Positions 46,801-51,680 are shown, numbered from the stretch's first letter. The stretch is DNA of 55,170 nucleotides from a candidate division FCPU426 bacterium (GCA_030637655.1 DAOWGI010000034.1:1-55170), one strand, 5' to 3'. Made by a program: numbers and translations. The notes: a model not told the origin generated them from the letters alone.

Positions 46801-49800
46801 GGCACGGGTTATGGTGGTTTCTTCGCGTCCAATTTCCTGTCCCAGGCTATTGTAAATAATGTTCTGTACTTGGGTCTGGATCTGGGTTTTGCCAAGTTCC
46901 GGGTCTACAGTAATCTGCGTTTCTTTGTACGATATGAGATTACCCATACTGTTATAAACCATGGCCTGGCGAACCAGGGTTTGCTTGCTTTCAGGCTGGT
47001 CTGAGCGGAATACTGTCTCCTGATATCCCAGCATTTGGCCCCGGGCATTGTAGAGAATATTGGTACGCCTGGTTATGGTCTCTAAATAATATTCAGGCGC
47101 GCTGGGAGCACTTTTTCGAATCACTCTTTCCGTGAAACCGGTCAAATTAGCCATGGGATCATAACGCAAATCCTGCATCCACACTTCAGTCAAAAGATCC
47201 GGGGTTAGCGTGGAAGTACGGGTTTCGTGGTAGGACCTGACTTTATGCGCTTCAGCATAAGCAATGTGGTCGCGCACATAAGTTTCAATCTTATCCAGCT
47301 GACGGCCCTGTTCATCTTGACCATAGGTGTGGACAGTATCAGTGTACCCGATCACCCGGCCCAGAGCGTCGAACTGAGCGTGGTTGCGCACTGTATGCAT
47401 TGTCAAATCCATGACCACTTTAATTACTGTGGCTTGGCCGTCCTGCAAAGAAATTTGAATCTCACCTTCGGGTGTAGAAATGATCACACTCTCACCAGCG
47501 AGGAGTCGGGATTGTTGTTCTTCATCGATTTGATCCCATGTCCATTCCTTTGGCAATTCATCAGGATTTGACCCAAAGCTCAGTAATTTCATGCCAGTCA
47601 GCAGGCCGGCTGCCAGGTTTTCAATATCAGGCAATTCCTGGATACTCTCACCTTTTAGTTGCGTCAACTCATCTTGCGTGGCCATCCGGCCCAAGGAATC
47701 ATAGGTGATATCTTTCACATTTTTTTGGGTAACAAGATCCGGGGTGCGTGAATCTTGGGCGGTTTCTTTGTAGCCCAAGAGCTGGCCATAGCGGTTATAG
47801 CCCAGGCCTGAGCGCTCTACCCGGGTCTTGTTTCCTTGCCCCAGCCAATCGCCTAATAGGGGATTATAAGTAATACTCTCTAATACTTCGGACTTGACTT
47901 GATTGGCCGGCGTAAAGGATTTGGCCTGCCAAATGGTGCGCAGGTGTTCATCATTACCCTGGGTCTGGCAAGATTCCTCGAAATACACCATGCGGCCCAG
48001 TACATCATACTGCATGCTTGAGCGCTGACTGTTTTCAGACAGGTTCAGAGTCATAGACACTAAATGGTTGCCAACATCCAATTGAAGCAGGGCTTGCTCC
48101 TGCCAGGCAACAGCTTGCCCAGCCAGAAGCGCTGTCTGCTGCTCAGCGCTCAACTGCTCCCAGGAAATTCCCATTCCCAGGTTATTCACAATTTCCGCCA
48201 GCTGAGATTGTTGTTCGTCGGCATTCAAATCAGGCCAATTTTCCGGCAAAGTGTATTCACCCTGACTGCTGCGATGAGTCAGGGTTTGAGAAGAAACCAA
48301 TTGGCCCTGACCATTGTAGAGCAGGCCGGTTACTGTACGCAGGCTCACGCTGCCGGTCAAGCCTTGCTCCAATTCAACATAAGCAATTAATTGGCCGCGG
48401 CTGTTAAAGCATGCTTGGCTGCGCTCGCGGATCATGATCCCGGCCGGTGTGGCTTCGTCAAACACTTCTTCAATATACCCGATGGTCTGTCCCCGGGCAT
48501 TGCGCACTATATCATGGCGCGTAGTGATGATGGTGTGATCCAAGCCGGCTGCCAGGCTGCGGCGGATTTCCTGCCTGGAAAACGGCTGGATATCTCTCAC
48601 CTCCAGGCGTTCTTCTAAATCCACCCAAATACCAAAAGGATCTGTACCCAAGGTAGTGGTAATTTGGGTATACTGTTGCACTGCATTGGAAACCAGTATC
48701 ACATTCGCGTACTTTTTTTTGGTCTCAACCAAAACCTGCTGGTTGTCCCGGGTTTGCCCTGCAGTGCGAATGACCTCTTCTCCTCCGCAGACTTCCTGAA
48801 AACGATCATATCTCCTGCCCTTTACTTCAGTTGAAATGAGCACACCCGGATGATCACTTCCTCTGCTCTCCTGCTGATAACCGCTCAACCTTCCAAAGGG
48901 ATCGTAAACTCCATTGTGCCAGTGGGTCTCTATAACCACCTGGTTTAAATCCGTGACCACTTCGTGATAGGAAATACGCTGATGATACTGATTGTAAACT
49001 GCGTCTACTTGCTCGCAACGCGACTCATTGCCGGCGCTGTCGGAAAATGTTTCTTCGACGCTGAGCAACCGGCCCAGGACATCATACTCAGCCTTACGCC
49101 ACTGATGCTTGGCCACGACATTGTCTGCGTATTGCCAGGTCTCTTGGTACTCAATCAAGCGGTCATAAGAATCATACTCGGCCCCTTCCCAAATACGGCT
49201 CACGACTGATTTATCCGGACTAATCACTTCCTCCTGATAGCTGGTAATATTGCCGAAACCATCATACCGGGCAGCCTGCCAATGACGCGTGGACTTTTGG
49301 CCATAGACATCCGTCATTTCCTCCTGAAAGGCGGTCACTAGGCCGAATTTATTGTAGGCAGCCAACCCCGAAGCCTGCAAATCCGCTTGCCAATTAACAC
49401 TGGTTTCATTTCCAAATTGATCCTGACGTATCTCCTGATAACCAGCCAAATGATCTACACCATCATAGGCGGCGTTGAACCACTGACGTTCAGAACGATT
49501 GCCCAGAATATCAATCTTGATTTCGTGATACTCCTGGAGACGATTGTATTGATCATAGCCGCAATTTTGCCAATACCGCCGGCTTTGATTGCCAAAAGGA
49601 TCCGTATTGATTTCACAAAATGAAATGAGCTGATCATAGCGGTTCAATTCCACCTCACCCCAACTCCGGCTGCGCTGATACCCAAAAGCATCTATCGTAT
49701 GTTCTGTGTAAGCAAGCAACCGTCCGAATTGGTCGTACGCCGCCTTTTCCCGGCAGAGAGAGGATTTCAGCCCATGGACATCGGTGTTATGATCCTGATA

Positions 49801-51174
49801 GCTCAGGATATCTCCCACTTGGTTGTAGGTGATGGCACAACGTTCAGTACGGCTTGTCTTGCCAAAGGCATTCACTCTGGTCTCTTGAAATCCCAGCAAG
49901 CGATGCTTATGACTGTACTGCGCCTGGTCAAATATGACGCTGGTACAAGTACCGTCAATATGTGTTGTTTCCTCCTGGGAGTGCAGCAAGCGGCCATACT
50001 TATCATAGCGTCCTTGGCTCCAGGCAACCTGTTTTTCCCGGCCTAATGCGTCCCTATGTTTTTCCAGGTAACTCAGCAATTGGCCGTATTGATCATAGCT
50101 TCCCTGTTGCCATTCCCTCACAGACTGATTTCCAAGCGCATCTGTGATTCTTTCGGTGTACGCTGTTAATAAATACTCTGTGGCAATTTGTGCTTCCCCG
50201 CGTTTTTCTTTGGCCTTGCTGTAAGCAGGATTCTTAATATACCGGGCACCCAACCAATGCCGCTGCGTGCGATTCTGTTGGGCGCCAATCACTGTCTCTT
50301 GATATTCCTGCAGTTGTTTATTCTCATCGTAGCGGGCTCCATACCAATGCTTAACATTTTTATTGCCCCGTTCATTGGTAAAGATCTCATCATACTGGAC
50401 CAATAATTTCCCCTCGTACCGGCCGTTGGACCATTCTGACTTGGTCTTGTTCCCAAAGGCATCCGTGCTCTCCTGCACATAACTGGTTACCAATTTATTG
50501 GCGTTGGTATCATCATTGGCGTAAAAAACCGAGTCTTTGGTATAGGTGGCGCCGGACCACTTGACATGGGTAAGATTGCCCAGGGAATCCAATGTGTCCG
50601 CTTCATAGCTGGTCAGCAACCGCTTGCTATTGTATTCCAGGTTATAGGTATTTTTAAGAGAGACATTTCCCTGCGGGTCAATAATTTTTTCATTCTCAAT
50701 AAGCACTGCCAAGCCGTCTTGAAACCAGATGCATTTGCCGTCGTCATATTGGACATAGTTGAATTTGGCATTCTGGCCTGTGATGGCAAATATCTTCTGC
50801 TTGGCCATTTGCAGGGAGCGTTCCATTTGCTTCACGCTTTGTTGTTGCTCCAACACTCCCTGCTCGATGTTCTGTCTGTTTTTGCCGGTCAGTTTCCCTT
50901 GCTGGTACGACAAAGATTCTTCTTTGCGGTTTTGATAGTCAACTATTGCCTGCTGCTTTTCCATTTGTTCTTTGATATAGACCGGACTGAAATATCCGGT
51001 CTTTTTGCGATCTTGAAAAGCCCGCACCTTGACATTAGCAGACGATTTGACATAGGCCGCAATCGCTTCTGTTGCCGGCGCCACAGTTCCGGTATAACCC
51101 ATCACAGCGGATAGTACCATGGCCATACTTTTACGCAGAAAACGCCTGGTTGGTTGTGTTAGTTTTATTCGCAT
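22804..51174 (-). CDS. Giant (~9,456 aa) secreted YD-like repeat protein with candidate C-terminal toxin/effector domains
   Basis: Uninterrupted 28.4-kb ORF. Start MRIKL at 51174 with an AAGGGGG RBS. Signal-peptide-like N-terminus, very many Y(D/N)xxG(R/Q)xxxYxE repeats, hydrophobic segments, terminal LVAHG...LAACKTG domain. Confidence 0.9.
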   Translation of the reverse strand: MRIKLTQPTRRFLRKSMAMVLSAVMGYTGTVAPATEAIAAYVKSSANVKVRAFQDRKKTGYFSPVYIKEQMEKQQAIVDYQNRKEESLSYQQGKLTGKNRQNIEQGVLEQQQSVKQMERSLQMAKQKIFAITGQNAKFNYVQYDDGKCIWFQDGLAVLIENEKIIDPQGNVSLKNTYNLEYNSKRLLTSYEADTLDSLGNLTHVKWSGATYTKDSVFYANDDTNANKLVTSYVQESTDAFGNKTKSEWSNGRYEGKLLVQYDEIFTNERGNKNVKHWYGARYDENKQLQEYQETVIGAQQNRTQRHWLGARYIKNPAYSKAKEKRGEAQIATEYLLTAYTERITDALGNQSVREWQQGSYDQYGQLLSYLEKHRDALGREKQVAWSQGRYDKYGRLLHSQEETTHIDGTCTSVIFDQAQYSHKHRLLGFQETRVNAFGKTSRTERCAITYNQVGDILSYQDHNTDVHGLKSSLCREKAAYDQFGRLLAYTEHTIDAFGYQRSRSWGEVELNRYDQLISFCEINTDPFGNQSRRYWQNCGYDQYNRLQEYHEIKIDILGNRSERQWFNAAYDGVDHLAGYQEIRQDQFGNETSVNWQADLQASGLAAYNKFGLVTAFQEEMTDVYGQKSTRHWQAARYDGFGNITSYQEEVISPDKSVVSRIWEGAEYDSYDRLIEYQETWQYADNVVAKHQWRKAEYDVLGRLLSVEETFSDSAGNESRCEQVDAVYNQYHQRISYHEVVTDLNQVVIETHWHNGVYDPFGRLSGYQQESRGSDHPGVLISTEVKGRRYDRFQEVCGGEEVIRTAGQTRDNQQVLVETKKKYANVILVSNAVQQYTQITTTLGTDPFGIWVDLEERLEVRDIQPFSRQEIRRSLAAGLDHTIITTRHDIVRNARGQTIGYIEEVFDEATPAGIMIRERSQACFNSRGQLIAYVELEQGLTGSVSLRTVTGLLYNGQGQLVSSQTLTHRSSQGEYTLPENWPDLNADEQQSQLAEIVNNLGMGISWEQLSAEQQTALLAGQAVAWQEQALLQLDVGNHLVSMTLNLSENSQRSSMQYDVLGRMVYFEESCQTQGNDEHLRTIWQAKSFTPANQVKSEVLESITYNPLLGDWLGQGNKTRVERSGLGYNRYGQLLGYKETAQDSRTPDLVTQKNVKDITYDSLGRMATQDELTQLKGESIQELPDIENLAAGLLTGMKLLSFGSNPDELPKEWTWDQIDEEQQSRLLAGESVIISTPEGEIQISLQDGQATVIKVVMDLTMHTVRNHAQFDALGRVIGYTDTVHTYGQDEQGRQLDKIETYVRDHIAYAEAHKVRSYHETRTSTLTPDLLTEVWMQDLRYDPMANLTGFTERVIRKSAPSAPEYYLETITRRTNILYNARGQMLGYQETVFRSDQPESKQTLVRQAMVYNSMGNLISYKETQITVDPELGKTQIQTQVQNIIYNSLGQEIGREETTITRAWNLLQELILEQVRKTQISDVLYNGLNQKIFSMEKHETEGNAAVTTVIFGRATYNLLGQLEGFRQITRNQAEKDSGNLNHTQRLERTQTGYNTLGQVTETTEIINSSDAPAKTVTEHTSEITYTPAGLKYSYSKQIREISTGSLPLDITTLITRKATTYCNGLATAYEEETLKRGTWTNPDNGEIEVLAEFTNVKRKDIVCSAGRQVLAYHEDNSGNGIAGGSKTVDWQGAYDLQGRNTQSQEIVDDGVMVSTTTREVAEFDELGRALSESQSVNSRSHVLDAEQKPLQNITTKVNRLDLQYDDQGRLLGYQEQSQSSERPGVLNTIQRLYATYDQLGRQNAYQEKIVSVGFDETGSIAPDLFTEKLITRAYTSYNGLSRVLEYEDEILYSDRDVGETITRSDVSYDDVGRVKTYYEKIREQDTQGKELDRVTETWREATEYADARGRLTQYIEKRISSDQPELEKTITWTATDFDQADRVKDYTQQTVVNNIKGAEYSLITTLKRSDIQYDQQNREIKYSQNEYSTDAPDLVIHTDRTLTKYNNFGQVIAFEEKVERYDAQNPRNMRISTQVSRSDIQYNLSGWENSYHEESVSSQAPNLITTTDWSQAVYNRLGQIEQFQQKVRQQGKDEEGNALGVVITTTRTVTEYNDQGQVTAQIEELASSAQSQVTTTETLSDVTYNGRGQRETYNKTITKVSEDGKLFQKTSIEREQTAYDAFGRELSYTENRNSSDAPDVNTEINWIALDFDGLGRVSAYQEDVTRIGRKAAGAEVLQTVVSTLRTNILYQDQGHLLSYQEEVDSTAEGHISRDWQVLHYNLLGQLTGYQETGHKPDRGNYTYLWEASFDEFGQVDSLHENLQTDNGSMDYDQHRAGTTYNNKGQVIGCTETGWTVNQPSYTKIWDASFEEAYTLSGQQQHYQEVFTNDLGVTTEKEWSQAEYNALGQLIRYVERLRETAAGVRDMQIIRTWEAHYDDAYNMAGQLAHYEETKTTEYYNPQTGELLESIPSRVIWQAGEYIAGLIQEFTEQTIHYLGLPEEYTSTYTRLDMDYDASGHLQAYFETGNGPATGQYEKNWQVLGFDANGREMGYVTNGYSQASGVNNNLMRENIVYDSHGRILAYHEKGIADGKYIDRQWSSEPENYDVLGRILAFTENGWNESGRYEKSQSKIVYNHLSCLKSYVENGWNITEGNYVKIVSNLTYDEKGRRLSYHQVLEQEDQEKITTTDWQVISPQGYNDKGQLLGYTETSTVHDPAGVLQEEVSIEWLADFKDSYTDLGQLLRFISTTQKISPDFGTRTVIQKRSHSRFQADGRLQSYHEAITNKIENEGLTQESTIASIRSGIEYYGQTENSPDEGETWSNQIPPNGSQPPATDELWRHEGMIAAYQELILGTNAEEKPVQHIFQAVNFDQDGRQLGYLEVNADEDLAAGILRRFSEWLSEVQNGFPVALTEEWILQTLEIANLLVFDTLGIIRKIQNWMAENISGFTDEIRNIVTNLLSTISNLLFQTADAFDNLLAELTTNLTLSPFVSFVENLSMAVETRLIASLQTTLPAWTAADTAYAKLHPFDYTVTITQRRDTVYDELNRPIAWQEETRSSAAPDKITISDVNVTYEGKTQRYATYAARLVEGEKITHLYRNDYAYNPLDQAVAYKETVFEGDILEINGVETDWRTLAIADRSRLINNLVDEVQEVKELVTINCYENVTYNAIQQMTGYDLTTHRRGFTFQAFSEAAIMAESLTQQQEMIEKQEEVVAEQQALFQQAQDAWQAAYSNLAVPYFGSDLPDRNDPAAVMQEITLRLQAKFVDEATQENNVDAAREALDAAFQFLNDKTSALVEAVNALAIVENQWRQAIHQQDQLITDIKNWAGTDYANLHTAIDNLKTYYQVYASADYAQAAADLESIRSTITNVLGNWDAGNVGAPWPDTLGIGMDSIDAFLTEESSVQTLMQQALDLKDALALFCDSCQTIAENIDQQIGWLDGGQPALAGGLCDQFDQALVAKGIAKNEYNTAVGIRNAAQGEADSLLAKLNNLNNAWTSISGQLDDEVDVVKSLVNAFETESQNVADNLCDISYADWVGPNGTYSYSGATMRRYDVTSTVMSQYDDTPAWGIHYTWLVFPNCPNQSELDHTHHDFSTYYYSESYVVKPKSIFNGKPSEFDKRNIVEPIIQDYRDAKSALDREVQDKYDPLKDKVHTLLELTTNEINALAGLLADDYKIQVQALYTTKEQQKYQAYVDQLNTIPPLQTVVDQKFNEWQSAISVHLAAKTALDVAITVCQDAYDSLNLITSLKDRALANYEGDLGIAVTGTELLDTANTETTAKDRYLQARIEHDDAYNQVHGVSGKKPLYDQAVTDLLNAGQDRQAGQDILETMVSVQKGIQAAQADLQIEIEMLRQINQDSQELSIRISEELFGNAFLLDGQGFNLTAQQAQTLSQGKAINLGEDYDLARLSQQAEIKVNAGQNLTASRRNITYEKRGLLDRYQEISFTGTQVRVKAKTGDDWQVIEWLDLAEEQKQEVLQQEPEALMVEILGSGSLKITEAQNHAHDARGRMTGNQVIVHETRYQDTEKVKRTYTVTTKDMDYDNQGNMSKYIRTKAEGIRTIVESTLQALQYDEFDRLIESHLLIEETVGHVDTSKEIHTTGMKYNHLDQMTGFVRETCENAKWIFEKTLSAMRYNLQNQVEFSDMLILETRESEGLTAGDFAVMADRAAAQEAFGEQGKVTRVITRDMQYDARGQAISLFRTIIDNEKRTEEDVREMVYNGERLIHSKSKVQETGFPAANGETHLYYRSYEIEIDNLEYDQSEQVTRQRKLTRDGNKVTTEDLTMEYEDPEGRMTYAFNSISEKYGDLPVHQYTVETTIHSYNDENQVARQTRIIVDGRKQITESNQDTLATTVFAYYAGRRQRREIQVIEASLGNPPDANPYTKVYKLTEENMVYDSLGQLLYCRRIRETHDQGTTNYVQEETTYTYNTRGQLRESAMVRTSHSGDIAEGKTNTMVTRIPLSGYDDSNQMERFSNIIFQGDTLGYRGEERRWQELSEADKDNLTHGRFKETLNKSVAVNSMGQVKYDDHGRLQDWIGTMRVLGPVTTALGELLEATFAGKSFGPEGAAEQIIRQNKIEAFDRTLGLGTILVANGGASMEIAAKALSDNEKIGLIDLAGLNLDATDQVVLNGSEYNLTACSIRLPIDATSVTVRKDTQYNTLGQVSDYKEFTFAGKGLVLNGKYTVWDALSESRQQELIGIWELAGQEEWIEMDAAYADDLPNNFVTLVHMQNIRYSGQGDRETWKQTEQELQLYLKDSLRPDSETGNIRLAVNRNSGTERLETALRDINGEKKEIGIHQINTSSNGLETEEWIFFKYDDKGRASELLKLRWRANEEQWVAEYTEVLDYKQVSNRDVFGMIATTTGFDVSLTQGLLDSSLSQADFQGFANALFDRPDFREAGQTLAYQESTNARVETDLMEFRYELDGTNPRTSQTIRIHTDAKNISTVEDTYYYYAYKGDSKPTYTRSIKANQPAYSVETYLENPDDADSERKRIAYNPPTTLVGAENRPVQSIEDASLLYDSRGILKSSDVIRLDVGGVMTRELTKFTYDYGRVKHSDKKIWQDIGGSFEQPDLTTERPDDVEGLPIDFKVYAGGGQMFREETDYTYTGSEVTHSEIKRTEISGQVVREINDFEYNTSTGELISSVNKVYEGDFYWKQTSRENMQYYAAGTADAGFLESYTETITASATCEGIINHKRTVNNVTQVEYDNLGRLESRHTTVTNYTVIAGQTKSAAYSMTLQAGAIVAGTIYEGYDWMGRMANYTQTITKGSKTTTESIHQVFSQADGRLDGMYRFIHEEGGNLDHTYQRNSQYGYSAGTQLPAREITTTTDNHRTTRENITYLAYNEQQQLEKKRDLINVYDQTDLLYSYNVDTTYTSYNKQGLPDEYTTLTIRGGKKTEQKITASYNEHDQVIGQTSANKEVLAGVSEMDYCREWTEALTNVAYNDLGQQIEFTQTRTERDKQITETCTDLDYNEVGQITHKVSDFVEKDVPANGGEYYRAYTLTMDNHAYNDLGQVLRYSRTMEHKDETDKVVKISTETCLADIQYAAEERVLLTNVEIKEKDHGFILDGTELDYTYTLRTENEYDSATGQVSGYTRTHTRGDKETKEKAVFLTYDRYGRLAYSNVTVHEQDVTKTLPLNKKYSVITAYNDYNLLDQARSYTKISQENQGQHEVIEQASGLTYDLRGNLTHSLVQRDENGTAGTVETENGYNDLDQAITVKRVSIQDDLVTIEQNVGGTKLEYSQDNQMEASSLAYRQIDLATAQTHDFNVLSTDTMGAEVNQYYTVDSSEMTYNSIGQLIEYLRVTTDANKTTTEETLEDCDYDSAGQLVYSKTEWTESGNSTYGNLDHTYIVTMENMVYNSQGKMEDYQQTTEDASKTTIEMVSGMLYDQGRLVHKYSEITEQGDVGTGALNHTYTLDTTNTEFDNYGRIRAYTQTTLDAGRTLVETVSDQQYDSQNRLQQYVKDTLDGGKLIHEETLTDIQYEELGRIQQINMSRSIKDQKTKGSELSLYSETLTENLLFDQLGRVTEYRLTTDEYTKTHPSTGPPTNKTKTVVEHATSVAYNDLHQITETQTSYTETSTQPSETIQPEECPQAVEINGLGKTYSVTTINRKFTFLGKVAQMTRTTTHGNHVIEEYSLVDQTYDDYNRVQAFSNRITESGGNLDSQYTLIHSIDEFNELDQILRETKVIAKQDITITETSLLDNEYDTSNRLIWSKKQITETGGLFNLNHVYKQVTEVKEYNSLGQARQREIKKYDDNGAINKITTVNQNSMVYNSLGQLFSYNQTLHDTDWTQGALDTKFIINRAWTLYNSLGQPESYYEYHRKDASQAESYADLNPTEYTLYQAVGGQPVVNVSIQDVLSSPDMPGLAGKRIYEILYNLLEPAIADALADEGYTGISLADALLDVMSALLGYFSENSITFSGIDNEEIPLRYLTPADILYLLIGDSWGAYETAVVADEQVLDIFTLTITGLASIDAEVRDTVGTGGRILLNLTLQDVLTEILKQAFLNFPGKPAALDEAAAQNLAAGLLAGDTFLDSLGNNLLDLTLQEIYDLHLANTDYATEDEVSPVMISFGTLIQKLIFQQPDESDMRVIFSQVFGSTLSGFQDSTNTLNLGVITFGDMLKHVFDPSAADLTTAVSNRLLAIFSNYAEFVTVWYQVDNIKYDELGRVVRMEEQRKWNQAGGGNLPGLDSGWRNAIAYVTTEKEYVGDSDLIETQAVRATHETGIHSDLGNNPDINLGYIQTDIVYDQYGRELESRSFSSQLAKYEFQWLDPTHFLWWETSSSMGEPEDVITIVGTITYTSTSSFNQLGQPTNVLTEYRRDDGNRTEGMELSQNITYHRNGSRRDAWTYTTVVMSLPKHDNAQWYNYDWQTTLDWMSTWTLENSAGLTFANHSQNQYRAMNRDSNQWTHPSHGLTEYAYDAYGNMDAEGTKDKSDITHVSTQPEGVGMTVFGEILYWTMTLGEIVVSVIGTIFPIFKPFAILINFGSNLVKNYIAGMDFSTSLGLAALNAGVSIVGFGIGEIAANISNAILQVVVQVASSIALSVTNQLIQTAILKGDEGDYGEAALRGLLYGAAGALMQSNIGMVTKMILVTAINVGAAMASGVKDGRQLLLVAAISIGMVAFTESNPATGPPRESNNTQLPTWQDITRIFVSALVAMALATLLEEMGLGFTGQLAAALVMQVALKITSTIVKDVNTSQSTMAQQRQTLAQLNQISQAFNAGLKQGLSMNIKKHHEINIFIYKTGKGAKPVEQQIKEQKEAMEEAAEGQMYFEQFVLEAVVDYSSAVMDLTMDIFAYGYDLFQNVFADNTPNVLDNQDNQNLIMASASGNLNMRITARGEAQAGEGGALLFSEKENREKLSSAQRNAIIESLITAKSELDTLSKAEINEMGNFLTKQGIDFDAVINAEVNGQEMALFFKDDILVAAGMLGAGGQKEIRTFNFRFGEDGKVLVAAGKIFRHIDGKYREVGSFRYAAKNSKEYQQAMSRTEEIIQNSAALEKIKSADAIYTEKDTVGKMTRQVYLKVDDQGNALALASEHRTNDGQMQLLTYEYDNLEEGVLAKGRIFEMNDGSYGEKAAGQFSIQNIQGLAQLSGVGQQVVQALQAGGMSRVVYQAQMEMGASREVSMNKETGQLEYVYEKKNGKQRLVMFAENAGAALRDRPDIAGVQVVNFNDLGKDEQTQILASLPVMDKRDPAALTAKLVRMQENLMQAKLQKFAEAQGFKLEVEDSQIFMQLPGNKNLQVLRLGEDKGENLVIEGRLVMQDEDGMKAIGAEVFLAGADSKFAGELLCATELDTGKLPGGSTLMATVNEKETQVVVLNANQQVIAGTQHTVASQVLNQAVYNLKSQSKQGNGSLPGYLNTGLASIAALANQAGSAITGLIDEVINVRVVEEHKLDDGSVLKGKISLNQDGSIQEIAPGTIKQVSFAENQVSEDGKLWKAQLFEWDGEQFILIEGVRVEQKVGNYEVLGESGVDVYMIVSPEGQEFVVGVNWGSLSEGVQIKEMTSGLILEKKGGSFKLAGNQKGTIQYDDQQITIDLNAKGQMQQPAGIKVFLDGKERNFKLLALEANLASGGWQLKGQVILKDREKLNVAQAAVWLSREPTAGATQQKGSAKAGYEPATQAHMYQKQDGDYVFFGGKVGMVINTEIQEDQSQMMKNHQVAFGKGSHLTITGKTGLPALKIKVFVGQLRNTRNGWQWGSGTIYQRGQEIKLAAGKNGEFKVKQIKGEGFKAVIHELSMLANLLVTLKKGITIDLSIDYKNGKADLVDGRYHGNFVTGNRNIQLHGKDAIAEVENLSLLVKDNSVAVNFIQFGIYEGETLMLGEMGLRQNGCQKSISIIFNENGSIADLTLPTGIMTKSQDGTLMVWVYDGQGKYPAVIINDKGVYDQYGFEKLPTIISEKTNSGRVETRSGEKYTLELPTEESAGLIEMLKQDGRVLMGQDGVYAHPGDMGFEKQMLESLGPLKDMQGNSWPAIKQIPVGGPNSTYTKAETFYPVGSVKDHTGDALASGLKVASYSILRLQDAIIGSVGSEIVSEKNEGAWVDTWGGEYHKHEREMLKNQYILGTEIANAHDPIKIATWEERAATALTGGLAGFVLFIPTLTGLTQPSEQWGKGAGRTVLKNLKTTGEGFVHMFTQLPGNLMNDPASGLADTGLAVLVVVGITRGVKGIVDGIKIRSLPPDIQMNIAKMQPGVRIKLGLKTLTLTKSMIKTAQAQVLKGTGLKAGEFSLAREKVRVELIRDAIKQKYAHLTEAQVKSIARHVVKLSKGKSYIQIMKEGRNLGLNKQQVSMVRHIFKDYVRTGKAPYQLALIRAKNTAADQYNQAVSRTIEPAGNRVFRHTITADMPQASAARVMHEGALNLSKGHKAQYGEGVYAWEAGAKKVGKYIDFKVDPTTAAEKIVTKNGQTFYRLVPRHGKQLKIDIFDSNFTPAELSLGRKLAGIKSIDPVNYKVGETMPNGRLAGDGPGAQINLNLTKAMKSSLEIPENCKMVKQADSYVVYRTSENNLRIRFKADKAVTLGEATSGRNYTTETLAGVNEAGKVFVHEGRHRAIGAAQGDAISKANGGVPERPGYLDFEYSPEIVKEKGVSVKDLKIDYTKPDIHDPAIADKIWEDKFMPKTVNPQERILPQNQPLQRRPSQIDALPKIKHNHAKITRGPPKETGSKENGKSLRDQPESKTKGQTDLGEEGSPIQTLKSEIQKLELKVRLTRSQAENLPAGPAKQRLLQKTGEYQARALEAQRQLNKLENTTLSHQPQVQSQTVSAAQNQGPRILNGEPSDQLVMRSAQAMGTKTGYKVESIHAANLRGVEEVTLVAHGVWPSGQSAAQWVRLKGLGNVNPEVLARILVEDLHWTGGTLRLAACKTGLKSVSFKSFGDQLAIELAKRLNQPTVVITPKGNINMVLSDSFGLPRVMSVENNQIYPLGLKYWEYSIADKNGLIKP
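42158..42187. repeat. Perfect 30-bp GTAG-type palindrome inside the giant CDS
   Basis: TGTAGAGACGCGATTAATCGCGTCTCTACA is its own reverse complement. It reads VETRLIASLQ in frame. Confidence 0.9.
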
Positions 51175-51197
51175 GAGACCCCCCTTGGAATCCATAA

Positions 51198-51563
51198 CTA
51201 TAGGATTGCAGGATTAAGAATTTCTGTGATCAAATTCATATCATACGGTTTCTTAATAAACCGTTTGGCTTGATACTTTTTCATCAAATGCACAACTTCC
51301 TCAGTGTATTCCCAGTGAATCAGGATTGCGACTGTCTCCAGCTCCCTACACGCATTGAATTGATCTATTTCCTCTTGCCCATTTTTAATGGTTTCCACAT
51401 CAATAAAAATAAATTTAAAATGATGACTGCAGAGGACATTAGCTAAAAGGTCGTGCTGCGTGCTTAAAAATACTCTGTTGAATCCACACATATTCAAATT
51501 TTCTTTCAGTATTTCTGCAAAAACCAGGTTTATGTCTAGAATCAAAATATTCTCATTCAACAT
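51198..51563 (-). CDS. Stand-alone atypical receiver (REC) domain protein
   Basis: ILILD...FIFID...ILIH...FIKKPY receiver pattern. ATG 51563 has an AGAGG RBS. The track start (51620) lies inside the sigma54 promoter. Confidence 0.75.
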   Translation of the reverse strand: MLNENILILDINLVFAEILKENLNMCGFNRVFLSTQHDLLANVLCSHHFKFIFIDVETIKNGQEEIDQFNACRELETVAILIHWEYTEEVVHLMKKYQAKRFIKKPYDMNLITEILNPAIL

Positions 51564-51603
51564 CACATTACCTCTGTAGCTAGATTTCCTTATACGTAGG
51601 AAA

Positions 51604-51620
51604 AGCACAATTCGTGCCAA
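51604..51620 (-). promoter_or_regulatory. sigma54 -24/-12 promoter (REC gene plus giant gene)
   Basis: TTGGCACGAATTGTGCT has a perfect -24 box and GG-N10-GC. Confidence 0.8.
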
Positions 51621-51680
51621 ATATTTTTTTTAAAATTGGGGGTTTTGCGTTACTTTCAGGTGCAATGAGAGGAATTAATC

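Noticed and set aside
51125-51174. Tat signal (TRRFLRK) on the giant protein
   Set aside because: Spacing deviates from S/T-R-R-x-F-L-K and a folded ~1-MDa substrate is implausible for Tat. Treated as a Sec-like signal.
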